Shown in pieces: positions 37,451-50,954 of a stretch of 64,000 nt of DNA. Position 1 is the stretch's first letter; the number at the start of each line of letters is the position of its first letter. Origin of the DNA: Camelus ferus (taxonomy: Eukaryota); NCBI RefSeq assembly GCF_009834535.1, contig NC_045696.1, forward strand, positions 20,958,001-21,022,000. The letters run 5' to 3'. The translations under genes were made by a program, and so were the position numbers. The notes under the pieces are model-generated. The model was given only the letters and a program-made list of their open reading frames with translations, did no database searches and was not told the DNA's origin.

Positions 37451-37714
37451 TTAAAATACCTCTTAAGTGTGCCCAAGTGTGTTTGTGGGCACGTGTGTAC
37501 AGTTCATGCACTATACCACGTATCTTCTGTTTGTCTCTACCCTTCTCCATAGTTTTTTAAATAACAATTAAAATTATCCAGAAGAAAGATTATTTAAAAT
37601 ACAACATAAAATGTCTTCTTATATCCAATATATATACACACAGAAATTTAAAATACAAGTATAAAATGTCTTTTTTATATCCAAAATATAAGTATTCATA
37701 TACATGTATATGTG

Positions 37715-37770
<56 letters not shown>
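37715..37770. repeat. Compound (TA)n(GA)n microsatellite
   Basis: Direct reading of the sequence. Confidence 0.95.
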
Positions 37771-37775
<5 letters not shown>

Positions 37776-38699
37776 TTTGCCACATGATTCTTTTTGGACC
37801 TAAAAATAACTGAAGAATTTTTGAATAAGCCCATGTTATTGGTACCAAAAATCAAGATATTCTTTTATGATCTATCTTACGCTTCCTCCTTAGCTCTAAA
37901 GCAGGGTACACCACAATCAGAATCAGTTATATAATCACTGTATCTTTCAGAAAAACTTAATAATAATTCCCAAAAGTTTATTTCTAATTTTCATATTCCT
38001 GATGGATTAGCATTCCCTTAATCATTGTAACTACGTTGTGCTTATCTTTTTAACAAAATTGAGACTCTTTCCCTGTGGCTGTAGCATCAAGAGTGAAATC
38101 TTTAGTATTTACTCTCAAGATTTCTACAATCTGACTTATAGTGAATCTATTTATAAAATGTTAGATTTTCTGCAGCAAGAACCCTAGATGCTGTCTAAAA
38201 TAATGTAAGATTCCCTTCTTGTCTGAAGATAATTCACCTGTTGTTTAAGTACATTTAGTAATGATCTATTTCTTTGTTGTTAAGCTATTTCTAATGTTTG
38301 ACACTATGGGAGCTATTTATTATTTTGCTAGATCCCAAATTACTTGTAATTCTATGCAGTTGTTCTGGCCTTGCCCTTTGGCATCATGCATAATAACCCA
38401 ATCTTTTTATTAAATAACAGACAGTCACATGTTAACTGGCAACTTTTATATTTCTTCTCAATATTCTCTTTCTCAGGAAACCATCAATATTATAATTAAA
38501 AATTAGTGTGTAAAAACAATTAGGAAGTATAATCTTAAAGATACTTTTCACAAGCACCACTTCATTTTCTGTTCATTCCTTAAATAATATAATTTCTAGA
38601 CTTGCATTACTATTCTGTGTACAAAATGTAGGAGTTTACATTTTCTATTTAAGTCTTCAAATATGAAGTTAAAAGAAGTTTAGTAAGTCAACAACCATG

Positions 38700-38950
38700 T
38701 CTCAGACTGACTTTCTCTCAGCCGGGTAACTTTTCTTTCTGTTCCCCATTACTTTTTTCTACTTCATGAAGTTTACTTACACTCTCTACTAAATTAGAAA
38801 CCATTTCTCTTTTCTCTCCAATTAAGTAAATCTTATATATCCTTAAACACCGAACTCAAGTTAAATTTCCTCTAGTAACACTTCCTCCTTACTGTATGTA
38901 CATGAACATTTCTCTTTTCTGAAGACACATGGTTCTTTAAGCCTGGATTA
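38700..38950 (+). mobile_element. Decayed L2 fragment
   Basis: AAATCTTATATATCCTTAAACACCGAACTCAAGTTAAATTTCCTCTAG resembles the L2 3' region. Confidence 0.4.
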
Positions 38951-40301
38951 TGGAATTTTAATTATCTGCATTCAATATTCCTTTCTCTCTTCTCTCTCTC
39001 TTTTTCTCTCTCTAGCTTTCTCTGTTTCTCCCTCTGTCTTCTCTACCTTTGCCTCAACCTCTCTTCCTTTGTTGAAAGAATTTTGATGAAAAGGAACAAC
39101 TTCATGTTTCTCTTACCACGTCCACTTGTAAATGATGTGGCCTCAGGCCTCCAGTGATGCTCAAGAACATTGGTAACTATAACAGTGACTGAAAACTATT
39201 TGCATTTATGGATCAAAGACAGTGTGACTCAGAAACAAGGAATTTGGATGAAAAAGAAATATATCTTTTTCAAGGTCCTACTCTATTACTGCTAAAGCCC
39301 TGACGTTTAAGGAATTCATTTATCAAAAAAAAATTACCTAATGCTTTGTAGCAAAGTGATTAAACTCCAGGGACCTCTACAAACTGTAAGATAAGACCTT
39401 TCTTCCTGACCTAAATGTAGGGCAATTGATAAACACGATGCCTAGGGACAAAGATCACTAGACTTAAGTACCCTTTCCCATTTATGTCGTCATTTATGCA
39501 ATGAAATCTACTCTAATTTGCTAGATGGACCCAGTTAACTCTGTCTTTAAGTATAGTTGAAGAGCCAATTTTCCTAACCAAGGGGAAAAATCAATTTATA
39601 TTCATAGAACAGGATCAGCTAATAAAGCATTTTCTGCCTGGTAGATGTCACGAGTTAAGTACTGTATTGCATGTACCTCATTAAGTGCCACCACCTCAAA
39701 TGTCATTTAGGTAAGTAGTGATACTGGAAATCCTCCAAAATGTAAAAGAGCTGTCTGCAACTCATAAGCTGAGTCTGGTAAATGCGAACATCTTTGCTGA
39801 ATCTGCAAAAATGCTGATGTATTTGATCTAATTTTAAAGAAAACATGTTTTATTTCTATGTTTTAGGCATGGATCTACTAAACAGAGTGGTGAGTTAAAT
39901 GATTATGGAAGAACATTCTTTCTTTGATTTTTGAAATTTGCTCCATTGTTTGTAAAATGTGTACTTACGCTATTTTTAGAATGTCACTATATAGGGCACT
40001 GAAGCAAGTTTTATCCTTGTTGGAATAATGAGAAGTATGTAGAAGCTATCCAAGGTCATTGTGAAAAGCGATAATTACTTGAAATATTAAGGGTTTTTTT
40101 TCCATATATTAGCCTTGAAACCAACTTGTTTCTGATTCACTATACACTGAGGCCAAAAAGAAGGGAGCTTGATACGGTAGGAAGACTATGGACTCTTGAG
40201 TTAGATCAAATCAGTCAGCAATGCTCACATATCTGAATGAGGGGAATCATTCAAGCTGGAAGTAAGAGAGAAATTTCTTTAAAAATCACTGTTCACAATT
40301 T

Positions 40302-40416
40302 TTTTGGAGAAAGGTAGTTCTTTTACTTATTTATTTTTAGAGGAAGTACTGGGGATTGAAACCATGACCTAATGCATGCTAAGCATGCTCCCTACAACTT
40401 GAGCTATATCCTCCCC
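40302..40416 (-). mobile_element. tRNA-Ala(AGC)-derived camelid SINE (Vic-1-like)
   Basis: Revcomp GGGGAGGATATAGCTCAAGTTGTAGGGAGCATGCTTAGCATGCATTAGGTCATGGTTTCAATCCCCAGTAC, A-rich tail; near-TSD CACAATTT/CACAGTTT. Confidence 0.88.
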
Positions 40417-42949
40417 CACAGTTTAGAATTTTGACTTACAAAAGATATTCATGAGAATCAAAAAGGATGAACTGACGGAAACAAACATTGAGTTTATGTC
40501 ATAATAGATCTAAAATCCAAAAATAAAATGAGCTAGATTTCCTGGTTCCCGGAAGATGCATAAAGAGTTCCTTGGGTACAGATAAGGAGGAAGTGATGGG
40601 AGCTAACCCTGGAAGTTGGAGCCAGAGACAGGAAGACTACATTTAGAAACACTATCAGCTCTTTATATGGACAGAGCCCTAAAATATAAGTATTATGCTA
40701 TCATTAAACCTCTATGAGCTGTGGGGTATGTGCCTTCCATTGATAGTTTCCAGTAATTTGATTTTAAAGTTTCTACCAGAATAATGTCTGTCAGTGCCCC
40801 AGAACCTGGCTGAAACCCACTTGACCTGCTCTAAATAGATATACATTTTTAATGATCCAGTCACTCAGAACCTCACATTTACCAGATTAAAGGCTGAGAT
40901 ACTTGACACACAAAAGAGCAAAGACAACATAGAAGGGAAGGCCTTGGTGTTGATACTGAGCAGAATTACATGGTCACAAATCCCTCCCCCAAACATTCTG
41001 CCAATATATTTGCATTCAAAATCTTTACATTAAGTTATGCTTATTTTCCTTTCATCTAAAAATATAATTTTTGATATTGAGTAAGATAATAAAACATTTC
41101 AAAAGAGGAAATCTTTTTATCAACATCATGTTGGAGAGGTCACAGAAAAATTACATGTTACCAATGCATTCACGGTTCAGAATGAATTTTGTGATTTCGT
41201 GCTTTTAATTTCACCACTACTTCCAAATACATTACAATGATAGACAAAAAAGGAAACATATCTGTCTGGAAAATCAAAATAGTTTAACTTCTTGTAGAAC
41301 AAGAAACAAAGATTAGGAGCTTAAATTACTGGCCTCTTGGGTTTATGGTTCAGAAAGTATTCTAATTTGATTCCTAGTTAGTAAGAATTGAAATTTGTCT
41401 GAAAGTGGTGTCCTCGAGAAAACATGCATTCTCAAATTAAGATTATTTTTGAAAATTCAGATCTAGATGTGTTGTGGGAATGTAATGTATATTAATAATA
41501 ATAATAAAAAACACTAAAACCTGGCAATGATTAAAGACATATTATTAAAATAACCACAACACAAAAAACAGTAAGAAATGTGCCATCCATAGCATGCAGT
41601 GAACTACTGAAAGATGTATATCAGCAAAAAGAAAAGTGAATCTAGAGGAAAGAATTACAAAGAAAGAGAACTCATAAGCATAGAAATAGGCACACAAATT
41701 GTTAATCTTGCCATTTGTACCTATAGATACATGAAATATTTGTGGGACTAGATTTTGTGTCCTAGAATACAGATAACTGATAATGTTGGGTAACCATAAA
41801 TTAATCATTGTGGAAGCAGATGTGGCTGGGTAGTGTTGGCTACCTGTCCTCCATAATAAGAAATGTAATGGTAGCTAAGGATTTGTGGGATCCCTGATAT
41901 CCTTCCAAACTCCAGGGAAAAAAATAAACCAAAAGTTGCATAGCCAACCTGCTAACAGCACAGGACATATTAGCCCCCAATAGTCCATCCATTCCACTAG
42001 AGAGAAATAAGCTGGACCACTTGAAAGCTGTGAACGTGTATGTTATTTGTAATTTAATTTTGGATTTTCTAACATAATAATGATAGGTTATTTTCTTACT
42101 TTCTTTGACTTTCATTCCCCAGATTTATCTGAGGTTCACTTTTGTTTCATAGTCTCATCTTTCTTCAAAGGACCTTTGAAGATCAGATTTTAAAACCCAC
42201 AATTACATTTGTTGAGGAAATGTGGTTGAGGTCATCACATCGTATGCCATTCATTGTCACTGGTGTAAGGGCCCATGAAAGAAAAAGAAAAAAAATCAGA
42301 AATAATTCCGGAAAGCTTAGCTTCCCCAGAGGAACATACCGTTCTAACTCTATAAGTAATAACAATACAGTTATTGCTTTTCTTAACTTTTCTTATTTAG
42401 ACTGCCTGTGACCTGAAATTCAAATATGCAACTCAGTGATAGACATCGTAATCCCTATCTCTGTCACTTTTATTCTAATCTATGTTTTGTGGTGGTTCTG
42501 ATCTTCATTCATTCTTCTACAGTTTTTCTATATAAACTCTTCAAATCATTTGTGGCATAAAATTGGGGTAGTGATTGGTTAATTTTTCAATTCACTTAAT
42601 CAAGAAAATAGTAGATGATTAAAATCCTCATCTCAAGTTGGGGGTCTTGAGGAGGAGAAGATCAGGATGTCAGGCAACAGTTTCAGGTAGTGGAACTTGG
42701 CAGGTGCTAAGGTGAATTAGTTGCTGTGGTTGCTTCTGTTCAAATCAAGCCAAGGAGAATGTGGATGCAAGCGCGAACCTGAGGCACCCATAAGTGGTAT
42801 CAGATACAACATGCCAACAACAACTCATGTGAAGTAGTTTTAATTATAGTATGTTTTCTCTCTCTTGAATGAGTGTTCTATCCTAACTTACTTCCAGTTA
42901 CTTAAGTTTGGAAATTCTATACCAAATTTTATCCCTGTTTCTTCCTTTC

Positions 42950-44150
42950 TTTCTCCTCTCAATTGTTCTTCTACAGTGTCTTACTTCCTATTTGGCTTTG
43001 GCACCATCATCACATCTCTCAGGTACAGTGTTCTGCTTCTCTACCAGATCATTGTCATACCCCTCAACCTGTCTCCTGTCCCTGATTTGTTCCAACTCAA
43101 CTTCACACTATACATTGTTTCCAGTCATCTTTTTTAAAAAGTTCCAAATTATTTCCGTATAACTTAATGGCAACTCGCTGTTTCTGCAACTAGCCAGAAT
43201 TCTTCACTCTTTCAGTCAAGGTCCTCCATAACAAGGCTGCAAATGCCTTTATGAGTACATCTCCTTCCACTCTTCTCTCCAACACACGGTCATCCTGATC
43301 CTGGCATATGAGCCTTCCCTCTGTTTCTCAGATAAATTAAATCTATTCCTGGCCCATCTCATCTCAGATCCTTACACATTCATTTCCTTTCCCTGGAAGC
43401 CTATTCCTTCTGAGAACAGCATGGTTCAGTCCACCTCATTGCTTCAGATATGTCCTTAAATGTTTTGTTCTCTGAAAGGCCTTACCTGAAACCAGCGACA
43501 CTCCCAAGTTTCCCTGCCAAGATTTATTTTTCTATATAACTGATATGTTATATATTTTTGTATTAGTTTGTATTTGTGGACTAAAGTTCTACTCAGTGGA
43601 ACTTTGTTTTTCTTCTCTATTGTGCTACGTGCCCAGTGAAGGATGCACGGGCTTCATAGGTACTAATAAATAGATGTCATTAATGTAATTGTTTCCAGAC
43701 TTATCTCTTTCTGTCTCGTTCATATATAATTTATTTTCAGAAAAATTCACAAATCCTGCTTGTTCTCATTCAGACATGTCCTGCACTTTCTTACTTCTAC
43801 ATCTTTGTCATATTTTACTCTAATTAGGGATGTCTTTTTCCCCAAGCACCACATCTTTTGAAATTACTTTAATTCTTTGAGTCACATTTTTTGATGAAAC
43901 TTTTCCTTATTCTTCCCACCGTTATGACCACATGTTCTCATAATATTCAAAAGACATAAATCCCTTCATGACATATCATATCACTTACTGTTTTATAGTT
44001 ATTTCTGACCTTTCATTATGCCTTTTAGTAAATGATAAATTCCTTGGTAACAATGCCAAGCACTAAATTTCATTATAATTCTTGGAGCTTCTATGACAAA
44101 TGACAGTACTAAAGTGAATCTAAAATATTTCAGCAATAAGTTAGAAAGAA
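42950..44150 (+). mobile_element. L2 fragments (two 3' ends in tandem)
   Basis: TTCCTTTCCCTGGAAGCCTATTCC...TCTCTGAAAGGCCTTACCTGA...ATAGGTACTAATAAATAGATG; second decayed copy from about 43700. Confidence 0.65.
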
Positions 44151-44318
44151 TGTAGCTGTTTAATTTGAAATGTTATTTTAAGCACTGCTAGAATATACTG
44201 AATTGATATTTCATTGTTAAACTAAGTATTTTCAAGAGTTTACTATTAAAAATTTATTAAATACATATTAATTTCCATTGAATTCAACCAGGCATTGTGG
44301 AAACAAATCCATAAACCA

Positions 44319-44950
44319 CATGGTAGGCGGAAAAGTGGCCCCCCAAACACGTCCAGAACCTAATCCCTGGAACTTCTGAATACGTTACTCTACGTGGCAA
44401 AAAGGACTTTGCAGATATAATTAAGATTATTGACCTTAAAATGTAGAGATGATCCTGGATTATTGGAATGGGCCCAAACGAAGCTCATGAATCCTTGAAA
44501 GGTGAGAATTTTCTCTGGCTGGAAGTAACAGCTGAGTAAGGAGGCAGAAAGAGAGGTCAGAGAATCACTAGCGTGATTCAAACTCAACCAACTGTTGCTG
44601 GCATTGAGGATGAAACTGGCCAGAAAAGGAAGCTGGCGTCTGGAAGGCGGAAATCACCCTCATCTCACAATCAACAAAGAAGAAGAATCTCAGTCTGACA
44701 ACTGCATGACACTTAAATCTCCCAATATCCTGAATGTTTTTAGAACCATATTCATCTCTAGAACTTCCAAAAAGGAATGTAGCCCTTCTAATACCTTGAT
44801 GGCAGCCTGGTAAGACTCTAAGCAGAGAATTCACTTGAGCTATGTGGTACCTGGACTTCTGACGTACGGAAACTGAGATAATAATTTTGTTTTATTCTAA
44901 ATTGATAATTTTGTGGCAATTTTTAAGGCAATGATAGAAAAATTAATATA
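44319..44950 (+). mobile_element. MLT1E2-type MaLR solo LTR
   Basis: TGGTAGGCGGAAAAGTGGCCCCCC...CTAATCCCTGGAAC...TGGCAAAAAGGACTTTGCAGAT...ATAGAAAAATTAATATA. Confidence 0.88.
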
Positions 44951-45590
44951 CGTGATGGACTGCATTCTAATGAGAGAGGTCAAAATACACAACCTACAAA
45001 AAAGAAGCAAATAAGTAACACATATAGTAACTTAGACGGGAGTAAGTGCTATAAAGAAAAAGAAAGCAAGAAGAAGAGGGAATGACAGGGAGGGAAGAGG
45101 TCAAAGTGAAGTAGTGTCAGGGAAGAGCTCAGGTAAAAAGTGTAATTTGAGCAGAGTCAGGGAAGGAGGTTGAAAGGAAGTTCATATGGATATCTTCAGG
45201 AAGAAGATTTCCAGAAAAGGAGCAGCTGGTGCAAAGCCATGGTGTAGGAAGGCAGCTGGCATATGTTATGAGGCCAGTGTGACTAAAACTGCACCAGTGA
45301 GGAAAAAAGTAGTACCATGGGAGTTGTAAGAAGTAAGAGGAGGCCAAATCAGTTTAAGCACTTTTGCTTATACTCTGCTTTCAGAACAACAGAGGATTAC
45401 GAGCAGGAATGACTTCCAGTTTAGAGGCTCACTGTGGATGATATGGTGAGACTAGCTGAAGGGGAGAAAGACAGAAAGTAAAGACCAGCTGTGAGGTAAC
45501 TGCAGCGATATAGGCAAGACATAATGAAGGCTTGGAGCAGGCTGGAGCCAGATCAAGAGGTAACAGGTGGTGAGATTTTATAAAAGATAG

Positions 45591-46004
45591 TATATTAGTC
45601 TGCTTGGACTGCCTTAACCAAGTAGCACAGACTGATTGGCTTTAACAAAGACATTTGTTTTCTCACAGTTCTGAAAGTTAGAAGGAAGTCCAAGATCAAG
45701 GGACCTGGGGCTGGTTTCTGGCACGGATCCTCCCTAGCTTGTAGACACTGCCTTCTCACTGTGTCCTCACACTGCCTCTCCCCTATGCCTGCAGAGAAAA
45801 AGAGAAAAGTATCTCCACTCTTGTTCCCATCTCTGGTGTCCCTTCCTCTTCTTATATAGACACCAGCCCCATCGGATTAGGACCGTATGCTTATGGCCTT
45901 ATTTAACCTTAACTACCTCCCTAAAGGCTCGACTGCCACATATAGTCTTATCAGGGGTTAGGACTTCAACACATTAATTTGGGGGGACAGCTCTGTCCAT
46001 AACA
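45591..46004 (-). mobile_element. MLT1A0-type MaLR solo LTR with perfect TSD
   Basis: TATATTAGTCTGCTTGGACTGCC...GGGGGGACAGCTCTGTCCATAACA; TSD GATAG on both sides. Confidence 0.92.
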
Positions 46005-46343
46005 GATAGTATGTACAGGATTACTGGAGCCGTTGCATTCTAGATAAGAGAGAAAGGAGTCAATGCTGACTGTAATGTTTTTGGCCTAACAGACTGGAGG
46101 AATTGAAGTCTGATTAACTGAGGTGAGGAAACTATGGGATGAGAAGTAATTGTGAGACAGTGAGTTGGACTTTTCCACTTTGGCGATTATTTAGTATTGA
46201 AATGGAGCTATTGAGTAGATAGTGAGATATATGAGCAGAATACAATAGAGATGTCTGAACAGTAAACATACATTTGGAAATCATCATGTGCATAAAGTAG
46301 TAAACCTCTATCTGTGGTAAAATCATCAATAGAGTGAGACCAG

Positions 46344-46466
46344 GGGGAGGGTATAGCTCAAGTGGTAAAGTGCATGCTTAGCATGCATAAGGTCGTGGGT
46401 TCAATCCCCAGTACCTCCCCAGAAAATAAATAAATAAATCTAATCACCTCTCGCACTGCGTGTGCA

Positions 46467-46497
<31 letters not shown>
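46344..46497 (+). mobile_element. tRNA-Ala(AGC)-derived camelid SINE (Vic-1-like) with (CA)n tail
   Basis: A-box TAGCTCAAGTGG, B-box GGTTCAATCCC, anticodon arm GCATGCTTAGCATGC; TSD AGAGTGAGACCAG (46331-46343) / AGGGTGAGACTAG (46498-46510). Confidence 0.92.
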
Positions 46498-46500
<3 letters not shown>

Positions 46501-47619
46501 GTGAGACTAGATAGAAATGGGAGAGGTTGGCGAACTGTTCTTGAAGCACTTTGTTCAGTGTTATAAGGTAAGGAACTGAGGAAGATACATCAAAAGAGAC
46601 AGAGAAGGAATATCCAAGTAATGGAGGCACAATTAACTGAGGAAAATTTAGTGTATGGAAGCCAATTGAAGGAAATATGTCAACAGAAAAAAATCACCAA
46701 CTGTGCCAAATTCATTTCCCTTTCATATTTATGCATCTTTTAAAATGTTTTTAGATTATTCTTCACATATTTAAAAATACTAATTACTAATGTAATCATG
46801 ATAAATTTAAGAGTCCAAACGTTTACTTATCAAAACAAATGTAATACATTTTATTATTGCCATGGATATTTTTCTTGATTAGAAAAATTTCCTATTGCTA
46901 TAGGACTTCTCAAGATTTTGTTAATTGCCTTTGGAGAAATGATGTGTTTGAAGAAAAAGAATTCAAAGCCAGGTATCCATTAAATTTGCAATAAATATCC
47001 TGTCAATACTAATACTAATGTGCTGTGTAAGACATTATTTAATTTTCAAACTGGATTTGGCTTATTTGAGTTTTCAATTCTTGAAAGTGTTATTACATAG
47101 TGTTCTATTGTCCATAAGTCAGGGTAATCTACTTGATATTTATGGTAGTGATAAAATTGAGAAAAACTTTCTAATATATATCTACTATAGATTGGCAACT
47201 TTTGATTCAATACATACTAAAAATATGTTGATTGTATTTCTTAATAACTCTGCAAGTACAACAGCTTAGTATAAGCAATTCAAAAATTCAATTTGGCATA
47301 TTGACATTAGAAATCCTTTTTAAAAACTCTTCAGACGAGATTCATGTAAATTCATAATTGGATCAGTTGTTATTTTACAATAAACGAGCATATTCTTAGA
47401 AATATTTACATGTTTCTATGAAAGATTTTTCTACCATAAGTACCTATCTGCTCCTCCATTTATAAAATTATTATATGTTCAAAACAACTTATCTCATCAT
47501 CCTGTTGCTCTTTACATAACTTCTTTCCTTTCCATATAAAAATGCAGAAGGTTTAGAAAACAGTCACTCATCACTCCCTTGTCACTGTTTGCATGAAGAT
47601 TGCTGAGGTTCCCAAATTT

Positions 47620-47990
47620 TGTCCAGCTTGGTTATTTGCAAATCCTTAGGCTATAACTACCTCTGTGAATGAATGAATTTATTTTTAAGTAGGAAAGTGA
47701 AATTTCTAAGTCAGGCCTAAGAAATAGAAGAAAATGCCACATTTTCTGGAGTTTACCTTGTTATGTTCTTCACCTGTTTGTTATATGGTAGCCCTGCATT
47801 TCTGGTGATTGAACATAGATTGTAAATAGCAATGAAAAATTTTTTATACCTTTTAATCCTCATTAGTAAAGAAACTTTCCCAAAATTCTCCCAGCTGACT
47901 TCCCTTAGTCTGAGTGAAGGAGTCTGAGTGAAGGAGTCACATGCTTATTTCTATGCTGATTACTGGAAAAAAAATCACCTTTGAACATGT
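47620..47990 (-). mobile_element. Old MaLR (MLT1J/K-like) relic
   Basis: AAACTTTCCCAAAATTCTCCCAGCTGACTTCCCTT...GTCACATGCTTATTTCT. Confidence 0.45.
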
Positions 47991-48518
47991 GTCTCTGGGG
48001 GGTTGACCACACTTCACAGTTGAGAATCTTGCATAATACCGCTACAACAGAGGCATGGCTTACATCTCACAATTGTGTATCTGCCTTGAGCTGCCTCAGT
48101 CTTTAGCAATGGGACTTGTTCTCAGGCTGCATGGAGGCACTTTGATTAATTCTACATCAGGAGTTTTTACTTCTGTAAATTGCTAGTCTTTATATTAATT
48201 AAAAAATAGTGGAAGCACTATTTTTTTTTTTTTAAGTCAAGTAAATGTTTAATAAAGATTAGTGTTGGTGTTCTGTTTGGTTGGTTGGTTGGTTTCCAGC
48301 AGTTTTACATTGCCAGGATGTCCCTTGGACCATTTTTTGTGGTGAGATCAGTAAATGGATGAGGACATAAGGGAATCAAGGGTGCTGCTAGGAGAATGGG
48401 TTAGATGATTAACCATAAAAATTCAGATTGAGTAAAGAAGGAAACTAGTAGGGTTAAGGCAGTGCTAGCAAACTAAGATAAGTGAATCAAGGATTGGAAT
48501 TTTCAGGAAGTTGATGAG

Positions 48519-48990
48519 TGAATGGGAACAAAATATACCACCCCCAGACATGCTTCTTTTTTATATTGAATTATTTTGAGTGGGTTGTTTTTAAGAAATG
48601 GAAGACACAAGAGAAGCTCATTCGGCAAACTGAGAAGTTATCCTCTAGTAAGAGACATTTACATTTATAGTGGAAGTCTCCATTTGTAAGGGAGCTTTCT
48701 ACCAGGAAGACAAAGGTGACTCTAAATCTCTAGAAACTCTTATCAATGGAGAAGGCAACTAATTTAAATCTGCATAAAAACCTTACCAAGTTTACTGTGC
48801 TTTTCCTGGTTACCTTCCATACCTTGCCCACGCCCCACCCACCCATATCTTCCTTCATTTTTTTGACCATAGATTGTATTTAAGGTGATGGCTTGGGTCA
48901 TTTCAATGAGTTACACAGTTTTCCTTGGTACCCCCTGTGTATACCAGGGCTATACATGTTACTGAACTTCCATCTGTTTTTCTCCTGTTA
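48519..48990 (+). mobile_element. MER34-like ERV1 LTR
   Basis: AAAATATACCACCCCCAGACATGCTTCTTT...TTATCAATGGAGAAGGCAAC...TTAAATCTGCATAA...ATACATGTTA...TTTTCTCCTGTTAA. Confidence 0.75.
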
Positions 48991-49643
48991 AAAAAGTCAA
49001 GTAAATTATCCAAATGCTAATATTAATTTGCCTAATTTATTTTCAAATATCTTGAGATTTATATAAATAAAGACCATTTTTATCCTTTCATGTCCTTGAA
49101 ATTGAATTTAAGAAGTTTTAGAATCATTTTATAAACCTTTGAGAATAATTCTCTCAATTTCTAATGCCACTATCCAGAAGTTAATTTCAATAGAAAACCA
49201 TTGGAATTATTTAACTAAATCAAACATTGAATAACACAGTGTCTTAATTATAGCTGGACTGGTTTGGCATTATCATTGGCTCCTCCAGTTAATCACAGAA
49301 AAAGCAGAATAATTACATGATTTGTATCATCTCAATACAGATAAATGTCTATTTTTCATGTATACGTGATCTGAGAAAAGACAAAAGCAGAAGGTAGAAA
49401 TTTTCTTCTTCACAGGAAGGATAAAATATATTCTTGCCATATGCTAATTGTGAAAAGGTATTTGGTCAATCAAAGTGATTATTCTGTTGCTATTGATTTC
49501 AGATTATTTTGTGTGTGTGTTTCAAAGCATGTGATATTTCATTTTGGAGAAAGCACTTTCAATAGAACAAAGTAATGTTTGAGAAGAGATGAAATATTGT
49601 CTCTAAAGAAAAAAATACGTGTCCCAAATTTTTCAAAGTTATT

Positions 49644-49731
49644 TTCTCTCTCTCTCTCTCTTTTTTTTTTTTTTTTTTTTTGTTCAAGCACACACAGACA
49701 CACACACATGCACACACACATATACACACAC
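49644..49731. repeat. (CT)n, poly-T and (CA)n low-complexity cluster
   Basis: Direct reading of the sequence. Confidence 0.9.
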
Positions 49732-50954
49732 CTTATGGCATAATCACAAAGAGAACATAAAGTATCTCACACTTGAGATTGATATTATGCCGTGATATTT
49801 ATGTCAGTTTTATAAAATGGAGTCACCTGTTTGCCTCATTAATCATGGCAGTTAGAGTACTTCTAAAGCTACTCTCTTCATTTAAGCACCCCAGTTTTCT
49901 AGAACAAAATATACTTAGACATTCCAAAAATCTTATGAGGGACAAATTTGGCAATTGATTTAATGACGGTAAGAACACAGAAATCCCTTTCTAAATTATT
50001 CCTTTTTAAGAATCTGATAGAAATAGTGTCACTGCACATATATAGATAAAATATTCATTGCCATTTTTAAGCAATAAGCCATGGAAAGAAACTAATTGAC
50101 TTTCAGTAGTGGGATTACTAGATATTAAGGTACACAGATTATGTGGATCTATTTATATAAATCTACAGAGGTATTGCCATATTTGATGCATAGAAACAGA
50201 ACTAGCATATGGCACAATAATCTGTGCCAAGACTAACGACTTAGAGTAGAAATGGGAATGAGGAAGAGGATAATTTTTTATGCAACTTGAACATTTTCAT
50301 CAATGACATTCATTCTGTTGATACGTTTGGGATTGTTTTAAATGACACTTAAAAGGCAAAACATTAGAAATGGGTTTGTTCTCTTAGTTTCACTCCATTT
50401 ATTTTAGTCTTTCTTTTTTTTTTTAATGGTCTTCCATTGATTTTCCCCTCTTTGAATCCTGTTTAGAATTTCAGAGGATTTTTTATGCATTGCTGATTAG
50501 CCTTTTCCCCAAATGTTATTTGGCTGGACATCAATAACAGAGAGGCCCTTTTCCCTCACTCATTTCATGTTCTTTGTAGCTGCTTTGGAAAACACGGGAA
50601 TCCAAGTGATCCGGAGCTCACACTCTGGCCCTGTTCCTCTCTTACAGCTGTGATATGTATATCTCAGGTGATGACATAGTCTGTCATTAAGTTTGTTCCA
50701 AAACTTAAATATAGTCACAATAATCATGGAAACATCATACTTCAGTAACATTGATGCTTGTGATTAAGGGGTGTATGTGTATGTGTTTTATTAGAGATTG
50801 GAAAATGACATAGAAAAAAATCTTTTAGAACCTTTGATATATGGAATACAAAAAAAAAAAATAGCTCTCTCTGGTTGAATAAAGTTTACAGGTATTAACT
50901 TTTTACCATCACATTCTGATGCAGCAATTCAAAATTTGGAATCTGACACCTTCA

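Larger units (their letters stand above)
44250..46710 (-). mobile_element. Long L2a-like element interrupted by three younger insertions
   Basis: AATTTATTAAATAC 3' end; AAGTGCTATAAAGAAAAAGAAAGCA, TAATTTGAGCAGAGTC, GCAGCTGGTGCAAAGCCATGG, TTTTGGCCTAACAGACTGGAGGAAT continue across the insertions. Confidence 0.8.

Noticed and set aside
46344..46416. Functional tRNA-Ala gene
   Set aside because: Has a SINE tail and TSDs, no oligo-T terminator, substitutions in conserved positions, and a second diverged copy in the window.
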